NCBI RefSeq assembly: GCF_009914755.1
Contig: NC_060937.1
Strand: one strand, 5' to 3'
Source of the DNA: the human T2T-CHM13v2.0 reference genome, Homo sapiens
Length of the DNA: 64,000 bases
Each line of letters begins with the position of its first letter. The stretch's first letter is position 1. Both the position numbers and the translations under genes were made by a program. The notes below the pieces were generated by a model, which ran no database searches, was not told the DNA's origin, and worked only from the letters and a program-made list of their open reading frames with translations. Positions 1 through 12,463 of this stretch are shown here, piece by piece.

Positions 1-1372
1 GTAAGTCTGGAGTAAGGCACTTAGTGAGGAAGGATGAAGCAATTCTAGATATAGGCTGAGAACAAGGTGAGGATCTTAGAGGTCCACAGCTATAAGAAAC
101 ATCTAAAATGGGATTGCGGCAGCCAGGAAAGATGTAAAGATATTATAAAATTAGACCCAGGATTTGCTATTTGAGGGGTTATCTGAAGGGAAAGAAGTAG
201 AAAAAGTCGTTTCAAAGATTTGAGGCTCAGAAGAATGAAGACCCCCACTGATATGGAAGGCCACTGTGAGAACTCGATTGAGCATTTGATTTTGCTTATG
301 TTGAATTTGGCATCCAGGCCAACATATAATTTAGTGGGGAGTATATGCTCAGTAGGGATTAATTCAGAGCTGGAACTCCCTGAATAGATCAGGAATGACA
401 TCCAATATCCCTTATTTTTCTCAGGAATAAGTTAGTAATGATCAGAATATCTACTGGATTTCTCAATTGACATTCGTGGCCAAAGAGAGTAGCTAAGGTA
501 AATAAAATTGATTCTAATACTTTTCTTAAAAAATTCCACCTGCAAAACGCTACCTTTATAGGAAAAATACTGCTCTGTGGGTTGAGAATTGTTAGAATGA
601 CCTCTCCAAATCAGATGGCAAATCATGCTTTGCAAAGCTCATCATCACAGTGCTCCATCCATCATAGTGCTTTGGCCATACAGCTTCATTTACATTGAGA
701 AACAAACAGAATTAGCGTCTGCGCCTCAGGAAAGTGCCATTGTGTATAAAAGTATTTTCTTTAAGTCAGATCAGGATAAAAGCTTTCTCTTTTCAATTCC
801 CTACAGTACTGCTCCACTTTCTCATCCATTACCTCCTTCACATAGTAATATAAACACACACTTTACTGCTGCATGGAGAAATATTAATGCTAGAAACTTG
901 GCATTTAAATAATACCTTTCTCCCAATAAGCCAAAAGCAGTTTATAAGGCACTATTCTATGAAATCATCACAGTGGGCCTGGAAATAAAATCAAGATCTT
1001 TGTCCCTCCAGAGACTATTTTCTCCACTAAACCCCACTGGCCAACTGCCAGCATCAGGGGAAAGAAATACAAGCACAAAAGAAAACCACTTACTTTGACT
1101 TGAGGGATTTGACTCTGGACCGTAGAGAGCTTGCACCATAGAAAGTGGGTAGCCAGAACTAATGGTGGGGTCTGACTGGTTTTCCAGTGTAATCCTTAAC
1201 CCCAAATACCACAGGAAGTGCTTAAACAAATATGCTACAAGTAGTTGGAATAAAAGAAAACCCCTCTTGCTTATATTGTTCTAACCCAGCTATTCCCTTC
1301 TGATTTTCAGAATACCCTAAAGCCTGAAGGAGAATTTCTATTAGTATATCATGTTTTTCATAACAAAGATGA

Positions 1373-1765
<393 letters not shown>

Positions 1766-3219
1766 TAAATTCCATTTTCTTAGTATAACAAAATGCCTAT
1801 TAATCAACAATTCATTCAATCATGTATTATCTACTCAGTACTACGTCACTCTTTCATAGCTGATTGTCTGTCTTTCAAATACCAACTTCCCATTCTCAGT
1901 GGTACAGTGGCCAGAAAGCATACTTTTTCCAATTATATCAGCCTCATGATCAGAACGATTAATGGAGTCTTCTGTGAGTATGCAAATAGATGTACAGATG
2001 TTTATCAAACACAGACATTCCGTATTATACTTGACTGATAAATACATAATCATTAATTTTGATTTACATGCTGTTGTGTGTCCTAGCGTGTGTGTTGACT
2101 GGCAGAGATTTTTAAAAATCTTGCTGCATCATACTTCAGTATGCACTCTGCAAGTGCATACAGCAGCAAAATAACCAACAAATAGTTAATAATGAATTAA
2201 ATGAGTTAATAAAAAAAGATGTCTGGTTAAAAACCAGACTGCAACAAAACTTTCTCTCAAAAAATTTAGTAACATAAACTGCTAAAGATAAGATACCAAT
2301 CAAAGAACTGTGCAGTTGTGGCCATAACTCAGACAACCAAGGATGCAGACAGGAAGACCCATAGAGTATTTATTCTGTGCCCCAACAGCCCCCAGAATGC
2401 CGTGTCTGCAGGAATGATCCATAGGCTGGAAGAAAAAGTGATCATTATGTCAGATGTGATGAATGCAACACCTGGTTAGGAACAATGTGTGCAAAACTGT
2501 ACACAGCCATATGAGGATGGAAGCATATGGAACTGATCAGAACACAATCCTGGTCTCAGGTAAGGGGGATGGGGTCACACAGATCTTTTAAAAGACTCAG
2601 AGGAAGCATGTGGTGATGGCGATGATGGGGGAGTTGAGGGAGGAGTTGTGAAACCATGAGCCTGGATAGAATTCTTAAAACTGCAATCAGCCGGGCACAA
2701 AAACAGTGCATTTGGAGCAACAGGGAATGAAGTAACCCCACTCTGGCTTTCTTAAACTGAGAACTGGCATTTCTTCTCATCTATGGCCAATTTCGAGTTA
2801 CAGCCTTGAAGTAAGCCCCAGCACATTCGAGAAGAAAAACATACCCCATTACACATGTATTTTTATGATAAGTAAAAATAAAGTATCTAAAGACAAATAT
2901 TTACTCCCTTTTCTAAAATTAGAAGATTAGATAGGTAGCTGCTGTTCAAAGCACATAAGTGGTTTCACTTCTGATGGCTGAGAGGGCAATAAAACTGTAA
3001 GCAAAACATTTAAAAAGCCTCAATTCTCCACAAATTTCCATTTGGATTCTTTTGTTTTAGTTACTTTCTCTCCTTCTACCCAAAGAGTGACTCACAAATA
3101 ATTCTAGCAGTATATACCAGTCCACATGACACTTAATAAAAATAATATATCTGGAAAAATGGCAAAAATAGTTTCTAGTTTAAATACTGCAACAGATAGG
3201 AGTGAAATGACGAAGTGTG

Positions 3220-3261
3220 AATATAATTTGGCTCAACTTAAATATAATTTGGCTCAACTTA
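3220..3261. repeat. Perfect 21-bp tandem duplication
   Basis: AATATAATTTGGCTCAACTTA occurs twice back to back. Confidence 0.95.
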
Positions 3262-3620
3262 GTGTTTGACAGAGAGCCCAACAAATCAATATTCCAAAAC
3301 AACCAAACATTTAATAGCGTTACCTTGCATCTACTCAAAACTAAGTGGCAGCCAGAGATTTTCTGGCATTAAATCACAGCATGGTACATTTCAATATCCA
3401 CCATCAATGTGTTGTTTTTCATAAAATACCACTGAAGTCACCACAACTCGTTGGAAACCCCAAAGTCCCATTTTTCAGACTTTTCATCTGTTAAGCACCT
3501 CTCTGAGAACCCTGTCTAAATTTGGAGTGCTCGTCAGGTACAATTCTGTTTGACTTCTGGTTGTGATTCACACTTCAGTTGAGCTTCCTGTCATTTTAAA
3601 ATGTCACCCTTGTGGGTTTT

Positions 3621-3690
3621 TATATAAATAAATGTGGGTGTTCCCATTTTATAAATTTTATAAACAGGAACACCTACATTAATTTATATA
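3621..3690. repeat. 70-bp imperfect palindrome (hairpin)
   Basis: Left arm TATATAAATAAATGTGGGTGTTCCCATTTTATAAA versus reverse complement of right arm TATATAAATTAATGTAGGTGTTCCTGTTTATAAA. Confidence 0.9.
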
Positions 3691-3989
3691 GTGGCTTTGA
3701 TGTTCAAGAAATACTGTATTTAACTCTGAGATGCTCAGGGTTTACAGACTGTTTTTGAACTTCACTCATCAATAATCTACATATAAAGAATCAAACACTC
3801 CTAAATCATCCCCCTTTGTCCAAGCCTCCTGAAGGCCATATGGATGTTGCCTGGTATCCCCTGGAATGTGCATCATGGGGGCAGGGACTTACTGTCTTGG
3901 TTTTTGCTTTATTGTCAGTGTTGAGAACCTAAGGTTCACAATCAAACACAAAACAGGTGGAGAACAACCCACCTGTTACCCTAGACAGA

Positions 3990-4180
3990 AAGGCACCTGG
4001 CTACTCGGCCTAAGCAGTTTCTGGTTTGAATCCCAGCTATCACTTAATATACCTCTTTAAAAGTTAAACCTGTTGATGGATCCTTAAAATGAAAATAATG
4101 ACATCTTGCAGCAGAGCTTTTGTGAGAATTAGAGATAATTACATAAAGTGGCTGCCTGACATAAAGATATCCAAATAATC
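3990..4180 (+). mobile_element. MIR SINE (degenerate)
   Basis: ctggtttgaatcccagctatcactta ... aaaatgaaaataatgac ... tgtgagaattagagataat resembles the MIR core. Confidence 0.6.
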
Positions 4181-4319
4181 GCTATGAGGATGACGACTTG
4201 ATAGTGATTAATAAATGCAAACTGTGATGTTTCAAATTAAAAAGCAAGAGAGAAGAGAACTGACCACGGATAGGCGTCATTGTGGAAACTTCTTCCAGAC
4301 TAGACTGGATCTACCTTAA

Positions 4320-4480
4320 ATAAACATTGAATATACAAGCCATCGTTCCAATTTGATAATCCAACTTGACAATATGTTCAGGTCACCATGATGTCTACTA
4401 ATGTCAAAAGGTCGATAATCCTGACCCAAGTGTCATCTGCAAACTTAATGAGTATATTTCCTGAGATGACCATAATGCAA
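4320..4480 (-). mobile_element. Ancient CR1/L3-type LINE reverse-transcriptase fragment
   Basis: Minus strand 4455-4429 reads ILIKFADDT (RT catalytic motif), followed by a degenerate GDLNILSSW resembling CR1 QxDLDxLxxW. Confidence 0.6.
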
Positions 4481-5896
4481 GGTCTTTGTGTATTTGTTTG
4501 CGGATGTCTGTATCTGATGTCCTTTGGTTGCTTGCATGTAACATGCTGCCAGTGGCCTCATGAGAACAGGACTTGTGTCTGTTTAATTCAACTTGCCTGG
4601 AGCCAATACAGCATCACGTGCATGTGGAAATGAACTGATTCTGATGTTGATCATGATTTTCATCATCTCAGCTATGATAAAGATTATTAACTTTTAGCAG
4701 AAATCTCCTCCAATGTCACCAGAATACCACAAAGTGCCTTTGGGTTTGCCTTTTAGATATGTTGGAAAAGTCTAGATGACCATTCTGGAGGTCCAGTTCT
4801 TCCTCTCCTATCCCAGGGTCCCAGGGATATTACAAGCGATGAAGACAACAATGCTGAAGAGCCAGAGAGAACGTGGGAACTTCTTCCCTCTGAATGTCTT
4901 CTCTGCCTCACAAGGAAGCTAGGCCACTAGATCATGGCTTCAGTTAGACTCTGACCATTTTCAAAATATATAAGAGAAAAAAATATGCACAGTTACTCTG
5001 CTTCTCAGTAACTTCAAGGCCTTGAGGCTCTTATTTTTGGAGTAAGTCTGGCATCAGTTACAGAAGAAAGGAGCAAAGAGACGTAAGAAGTATACAGGTA
5101 TGCCCAATATTACAGAAGTGACCACACCTGCCAGACCACTCACCTTTTTGCTAGATGGGAATTAGGGAAATGGTCAGAATAGGAGAATTTGTTTCTTTTT
5201 ACCTTTCTAAGAAAACGTGAAAAGAGCTGAACAGAATTGTTCTTTTATTGGACAATAATATTTGGTGTATTTTTCCTAGTAGCTAGTCAGGAATTCAACC
5301 TCCTTAAAATGCTTTGAAATAACAGCTTTATTAATTAGCATATACTCAGTTCCTAGTACTCAGCTTGGCACAGAGAATGCAGGCAATAAATATTTATTAC
5401 ATGAATAAATTAATGATGAGTTGGGATTGTCATAAGAAATCTCCACAATCCATTAAAACAGATTACTACATTTTTAAAACATGACCTGAAGGGTAGGTTT
5501 TGGCACTCTGACAACTGTAATTAGCCTATAATAATCAGGTAAAATGAGAAGTAATAAAGGTATGATAAACATCTCACACTAAAAGTAAGCGAACACTGGG
5601 AAGCGCCTCACAGTATTTGATGAATACTATTCACACGTGATGTTATTTTCTTGCTATGCACAAGATTTTTATTAGAGGCATTCATTGAATTTAACACATC
5701 AGGCAAAATGAAGCATCCACTAATCTGAGAAGTCACAAAGCTTTAGGCATCACTGAATACACTGCAGCAAATGTCCAGAAGGAAATATGTATGGTGAACT
5801 GTTCATCGTAAGTTTGCTCGTGTGCAACACAAATGCCATTTTCCTGCAGATAAGACAAAGGTCCATTTAACTTTAGTCCATAAGAAAGTAGGGGGT

Positions 5897-6197
5897 GGCG
5901 TGGGCGTGGCGGCTCATGCCTGTAATCCCAGTACTTTGGGAGGCTGAGGTTGGCGGATCACGAGGTCAGGAGATCGAGACCATCCTGGCCAACATGGTGA
6001 AACCCCATCTCTACTAAAAATACAAAAATTAGCTGGGCGTGGTGGCGTGTGCCTATAATCCCAGCTACTTGGAAGGCTGAGGCAGGAGAATATCTTGAAC
6101 CAGGGGGTCAGAAGTTGCAGTGAGCTGAGATAGCGCCACTGCACTCCAGCCTGGCGACAGAGTGAGACTCCGTCTATTAAAAAAAAAAAAGAAAGAA
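5897..6197 (+). mobile_element. AluSc-like
   Basis: Full Alu with gatcacgaggtc, gaccatcctggccaacatgg and cctggcgacagag diagnostics; approximate TSD aagaaagt(c)agggg. Confidence 0.93.
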
Positions 6198-6674
6198 AGT
6201 CAGGGGAAAAGCAGGAAATGGGTAACTTCATCTTTACCAGGAATAACAGGGTCTATTGTACAAAAAAAAAAAGAAGAAGAAGAAAGGTAATGAAACATGA
6301 AAGTTCAGTGCAAAAATCTTCATATTTATTCTATAATAAGGGTACCTATCTCCTATCATTAGCATTTTATTCTCAAGTAAAAACAGGTCACCATGCCATT
6401 ACTTTGACCTCATTACCTTTTCTTAAACATGATTAAATAATGAAAGGCAATGGTACTAATAATTCAACCATATTCCTAAACAATGCTAGAAATGTTCTCC
6501 AAGCACTCTTCTGTAAAAAAATGCTTTCTTTGGAATTCTTGACTTTAAACGGACTGCAGATATTTGAGAATAGTTGAAGAAAATATGCAGTCTATGGAAA
6601 GCATGAACACAAAATGAATGGACTTCTCAGCTATCTGTGCCATCTAATGTCTAGGATTTCCCAGAGAAATGATC

Positions 6675-6862
6675 TGAATTGAAATCCCACCTCTACCACA
6701 TACTATGTGATCTTAAATTACTTAACCTCTGAGTGCCTCCATTTATTCATCTATAAAATGGGCATAGAAACAGCACACATCTTACAGGGTTGTTGTGAAG
6801 AGTAAATGAGACATGATGTTAAACATGTGGGCACAGAATAAGGACTCTGTAAATGTTAGCTG
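6675..6862 (+). mobile_element. MIR SINE
   Basis: ttacttaacctctgagtgcctccatttattcatctataaaatggg ... cagggttgttgtgaagagtaaatgaga core. Confidence 0.85.
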
Positions 6863-7062
6863 GTATTCCAGTGACTTGGAATTTGGGTAATTCTTCCTAT
6901 AGGATCAAAAGGAAAACTGGAAAGGAAGAATAATTCAGCAAGACAACTCTTCAAAGACTGATGTGGAGATCCAAGGCCTCTTAGCTTTTAAGAACCTATC
7001 TATATTTTCATATGATATATTTCAATATCCATCACAATCTCCAGCATCCCACCCCAAATGTA

Positions 7063-7131
7063 AGAAATATGTCTGACAAAAGAATTACTTTGATAGAGTA
7101 AATAGTAGAGGTTTAAACCCTCTTATCTCTA
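7063..7131 (+). tRNA. Nuclear copy of mt-tRNA-Ile(GAT), pseudogene or look-alike
   Basis: 69 nt; anticodon arm TTACT-TTGATAG-AGTAA; T arm AGAGG...CCTCT. Confidence 0.9.
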
Positions 7132-7200
7132 GAACTATAGGAATTGAACCTAACCCTGAGAATCCAAAATTCTCCATGCTACCTGTCACACCACATCCTA
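7129..7200 (-). tRNA. Nuclear copy of mt-tRNA-Gln(TTG), pseudogene or look-alike
   Basis: 72 nt with a 3-nt overlap with tRNA-Ile as in mtDNA; anticodon arm GAGAA-TTTTGGA-TTCTC on the minus strand. Confidence 0.9.
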
Positions 7201-7614
7201 AAATAAGGTCAGCTAGAGACTAAAGGTGACTAAGCAAAGGAAAGACTCATCTGGCTAATTTGGCACATTGTTTTAAAATTGTCCAGAAATCTAAATAGCC
7301 AACAGTTAAATAATCATTAACATGATATTGTAAAATGGAAAAAATACTTATGCCATTATATTACAACAAAAGAATAGAGGATATAAAATTAAATATATAG
7401 TAGAGTATCTATGCACATTCTGAGTCATTTACACACAACGGCAATGGTAACAGCAATTGTAAAGCTCTTGGTGTAAAATTATGGCTGTTTTTTTTATTTT
7501 CTTCTTCATACCAAATGCTATATTTTCCACCTTCTAAAAACACACAATAAAAAATACAAGTCCCAGATATCAGAATAACAACAACTTCATCGTGTCTAAT
7601 TTAAATAGCATTTT

Positions 7615-7790
7615 ATAATATGCTAAGAGCTACAATATACTTAGTGTCATTTGCACCTCAAATAACCCTATGAAGTCTGTTGAGCACATAACGTTCCTGC
7701 AAGATCAGGCACCTGAGAGAAAGGGTCAAGTCACTTCCCATGTTTAGGCAGCCAGGAAGGAGGGAGGCTAGAAATCAACCCAGGGCTTCT
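7615..7790 (-). mobile_element. MIR SINE (degenerate)
   Basis: tcatttgcacctcaaataaccctatgaag ... tgagagaaagggtcaagtcacttccca ... gaaatcaacccaggg. Confidence 0.6.
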
Positions 7791-8105
7791 CCACCTCTTC
7801 TCATGAGAGTGGTCTGGAACAGAACGGCCCTGGAATATTAGAATTCATGGGTAGAGCTGCCCCATTGGTCCTTGGCCACAACACTTCTTTCCTGGGCTGT
7901 AAAATGAGTCTAAATGACAGCATTTTCCCAAACAGATTTTGTTACAGTAAGAAACAAGATATTGTTTGAAGTAATCACTGGTACATTTCTCTCTATGGTT
8001 TTCATTCACTTAGAGGTGCTGTAATGAACTTAGCATGGCCCAAGTAAATCAGGCACATACATCGTCTTCCATCATAGTGGGGAGGTCTGGAAAGAACCTG
8101 TGCTA

Positions 8106-9109
8106 CAGCTAAAGAAACTATCATCAGAGTGAACAGGCAACCTACAAAATGGGAGGAAATTTTCACAACCTACTCATCTGACGAAGGGCTAATATGCAGA
8201 ATCTACAATGAACTCAAACAAATTTACAAGAAAAAAACAAACAACCCCATCAACAAGTGGGCGAAGGACATGAACAGACACTTCTCAAAAGAAGACATTT
8301 ATGCAGCCAAAAAACACATGAAAAAATGCTCACCATCACTGGCCACCAGAGAAATGCAAATCAAAACCACAATGAGATACCATCTCACACCAGTTAGAAT
8401 GGCAATCATTAAAAAGTCAGGAAACAACAGGTGCTGGAGAGGATGTGGAGAAATAGGAACACTTTTACACTGTTGGTGGGACTGTAAACTAGCTCAACCA
8501 TTGTGGAAGTCAGTGTGGCGATTCCTCAGGGATCTACAACTAGAAATACCATTTGACCCAGCCATCCCATTACTGGGTATATACCCAAAGGACTATAAAT
8601 CATGCTGCTATAAAGACACATGCACACGTATGTTTATTGCGGCATTATTCACAATAGCAAAGACTTGGAACCAACCCAAATGTCCAACAATGATAGACTG
8701 GATTAAGAAAATGTGGCACATATACACCATGGAATACTATGCAGCCATAAAAAATGATGAGTTCATGTCCTTTGTAGGGACATGGATGAAATTGGAAATC
8801 ATCATTCTCAGTAAACTATCGCAAGGACAAAAAACCAACCACCACATGTTCTCACTCATAGGCGGGAACTGAACAATGAGAACACATGGACACAGGAAGG
8901 GGAACATCACACCCTGGGGACTGTTGTGGGGTGGGGGGAGGGGGGAGGGATAGCATTAGGAGATATACCTAATGCTAAATGACGAGTTAATGGGTGCAGC
9001 ACACCAGCATGGCACATGTATACATATGTAACTAACCTGCACATTGTGCACATGTACCCTAAAACTTAAAGTATAATAATAATAAAATTAAAAAATAAAA
9101 ATAAAAATA
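8106..9109 (+). mobile_element. 5'-truncated L1PA (about L1PA3), 1 kb: ORF2 C-terminus, 3' UTR and poly-A; antisense to DCLK1
   Basis: Open frame 8129-8872 is the ORF2 C-terminus including the CCHC motif ([18 protein letters not shown]). 3' UTR has GAG rather than the L1HS ACA/ACG. Perfect 15-bp TSD AAAGAACCTGTGCTA at 8091-8105 and 9110-9124. Confidence 0.97.
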
Positions 9110-12100
9110 AAAGAACCTGTGCTAACAACAGGCCTCTTTTCCTTTCTTTTGCATCATAATTCAGAAACTAAGGCCTTAAGCAGCCCTGGGTAGAGTGGAT
9201 CTTGGTGCCACACCTCAGCTCTACCTCCTTGAGGACAATCATGCTGCCACTGAAATGCCAGGGTTCTTTCCACTAGGTTTCCAATCTGCTTCTTGGAGGT
9301 ATTCCCTTCTCTCCTAGGAGCTGACACAGCAGGCAGCATTTCCTGCAACACCCTCCAAAATCACTATGCTAAATGAGAAGAGTCTGCTGCCCCCCACAGA
9401 ACACTAATCTGCTTTGTTTTCAGCCAGATGTTTTATAGGGGACATCTGTGTTAGATGGAAAACAAAAAGTTACTGGTCTACATATTAGGGAGCAAAAAGG
9501 AATGATGTAAACGCACATGTATAAGTGTTCAAATTTTTCAAGTACAGAAAGAAAAAACTTAAGTATTAAGAACATAACCATGGACTATGACCACACCGAT
9601 TAATATTTTAAAAATCCACAAGACATCTTTCCAGCATTTTATATTGTGATTCCTGAAAATTTACGGTTATCAAAAAACAGAGCCAAATTTGCTAAGCCTG
9701 TAAAGTCATTCTGTTCCTATTATTCTGGCAGTAAATGACCTGGCTGATTTCATGCTGGGCAACAAAGATAAATTTATCTGTATCTAGTTAAAATGCATTT
9801 GACACTGTACATAGTTTTGGCTAGCTACACTGTCTTGGTCTCAAGTTAAAAATAAGAGGCCATGTAAATCAATCCTAAACTCTTTACACAAAGCCACAGT
9901 AAAAAGAACTGCTTGGTATTCAGTGAATATAATCCTCTCTAAATAAATCTTAAACTCAGCTTTGGAGAACTTCTATGTAAAACTTGTATAATATAGCTTT
10001 TACAGGCCAAAAATTAAATCCTTAGATTTAACAAATTCTACTTTTAAACGTTTTCTTTGGCTGAATCTTGATAGAGAACAGTCTTTTTTTTTTTAACAAA
10101 TTCTCATAATTCTTTTCCAAAAATTCTATATTTAATAACTAGTTAATCTGATCAACAAAGACAGCTTGAAAAATACTTCTCATGACCTAAGAAACAATAG
10201 GGCCTAAGACACACAACTCAAATTAAATGTGTTCTCCACAATAAACTTCTGGATTGCTTTAAGAAAATGCAGGGGGAAAATCCATAATTCATCTCACTAG
10301 TTTCAACACAGGGCATTTCAAATCCTCTTTCCAAGACCATGATGGGTGCTCCAAAGTACGTAGTCTTTCAAAACACACTGAACTGGTTTGGATGAGTTGA
10401 AAACTCCAGGTTACTGTGAAGGTAAGCCAAGACCAAGGAAAAATAAAATAAAATTTGTTACTGTTTTTAAATATAGCAGTCAGATAAAAGTTATAGCTTT
10501 ACATTTAATAATATAATGTCACTTTAGCATAGTCTAACGCATTTTTCAGTGAATACAGTTTTCACATCACATTATAGCAATTTAATCTTAATAATCCCAT
10601 GAGACACTTAGCAATAATTTCTATTTGTCAGATGAAGAAACCGAAGTTTTGTAGGAATTGATCACTGATGAAGAAAGAAACTAGGCACAAAGCTTTGTTG
10701 GAAAAGTACAGTCCAGAAAATAATGCTTGGAAAATATTATTCTGAACTCTATTAAACTAGAGAAAAAGGTTTCAAGGGCTCTGGATTCTTTTAAAACACA
10801 GTCCTCTTCCTGAATCCAAGCGATATTAAATTAAGTTTAAATTAAGCTAAGTAACTATGCCAACATGCAACAGAAATAAAGACAAGAAGTGAAAAAACCA
10901 AGAATACACCACTATTCATGGTTCTTCCTTCAATGAGAACATTTCTTAATTTGTTAAAATTGATTTTGTTTTTCACCCTGAGGCTCCACATATCAGGCCA
11001 CTTGAAAGCAACAATGCTTGCTCATAAGGCAACTTTCAGTCACCAGGGTGGTGACAGGAAATGACCTGCTTCATCTCCCCTATATTCATGGTATGTTTCC
11101 TTCCCATCCCCTCCACCCATCAAATTAGACTCCTCTCCAGAAGTCAGGTCATCTTTCCCAGAGCCGCCACCTCTTCCCACCTGGATCCTTGCCTTCACTC
11201 AGGTTGTGTCACAACATCAGCCTTATTTTTGTGTTGCTTTGGAATTGCCTCTAAATGTCTCTTGTTTGGATGTCCCCCCATTACTCTCTGAGCAGTGATA
11301 GTACTCAACTTGTTAGGTGTACACCATAGTGAACCACAATGCATATAATCTAAACATTTTAACTGTCAGAACTTGGTGCTATACCTTAAAATTAACACTA
11401 GAGCAACAGCATCCATCAGCGATAGGATTGAACTAGAATGATCACATGTGCTCCAGCAGGATGCCTTGCCTTTAGTGCAATCAGCCAGTCAACAAAGAAC
11501 TCTTTGAGGGCCAACTTTATGTCCGGTGAAGAGTGAGGTTAGAAATGAATTTTGATGCAAGAGGCTTGTGTTATGAAAAATAAAATAAAATCCTTAAGTC
11601 TCCAAGGAAGCTCAGAATATGACCATTCACATTTGTTGCATAATGCCTGAAAAGTTGAAAAAAAATATGGTTTTTTAAATCCAAAAACATCCTAAAGTGG
11701 CTGCAGTCCCAGTCCTGACCCAGAGGCAATAACAGCATCTTCCAAAGAAACCATTTGTTTCTTTTTAACAAGGACGTAATACGAGTTTCAAAACTTATCT
11801 CACGGGATGGTTCTGAGAATTACAAGCAACAAAGCCCATGAAAGTCTTTTGAAAAGGGCTGAGTACTCTATAAACGTAAACTAGTAGTAACAGTACTGGA
11901 CTTCGCTATTCTACCTCTGTAAAGGGTGACCAAGAGGACTCAAAAGTGACCCAAGTCACCCCAGTTTTTGGTCAGAGAATTTCTATTAGGTTAGGTTAGA
12001 TATTTATCAAACAAGGTCACACTAATTTCAAGTTTTTACCATTAGGTTGTTCTTACTTGCAAAGTTTCTGCAAGGATTGGCTGACCACATTCTCCTTCAC

Positions 12101-12146
12101 TTTTGGTTTTTACCAGCTGTTATGTATCATTTTTTCCCATCTTTAT

Positions 12147-12463
<317 letters not shown>

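Larger units (their letters stand above)
7010..7215 (+). pseudogene. NUMT: 3' end of MT-ND1, tRNA-Ile, tRNA-Gln and 5' end of tRNA-Met (about m.4210-4415)
   Basis: Colinear and apparently gap-free against the mitochondrial ND1-I-Q-M junction: ...atcacaatctccagcatccc...ta AGAAATATGTCTGACAAAAG ... CATCCTA a AATAAGGTCAGCTA. Confidence 0.95.

Noticed and set aside
8129-8872. Longest ORF (247 aa) as a gene
   Set aside because: It is the ORF2 C-terminus of a truncated L1, begins at GTG and has no promoter.
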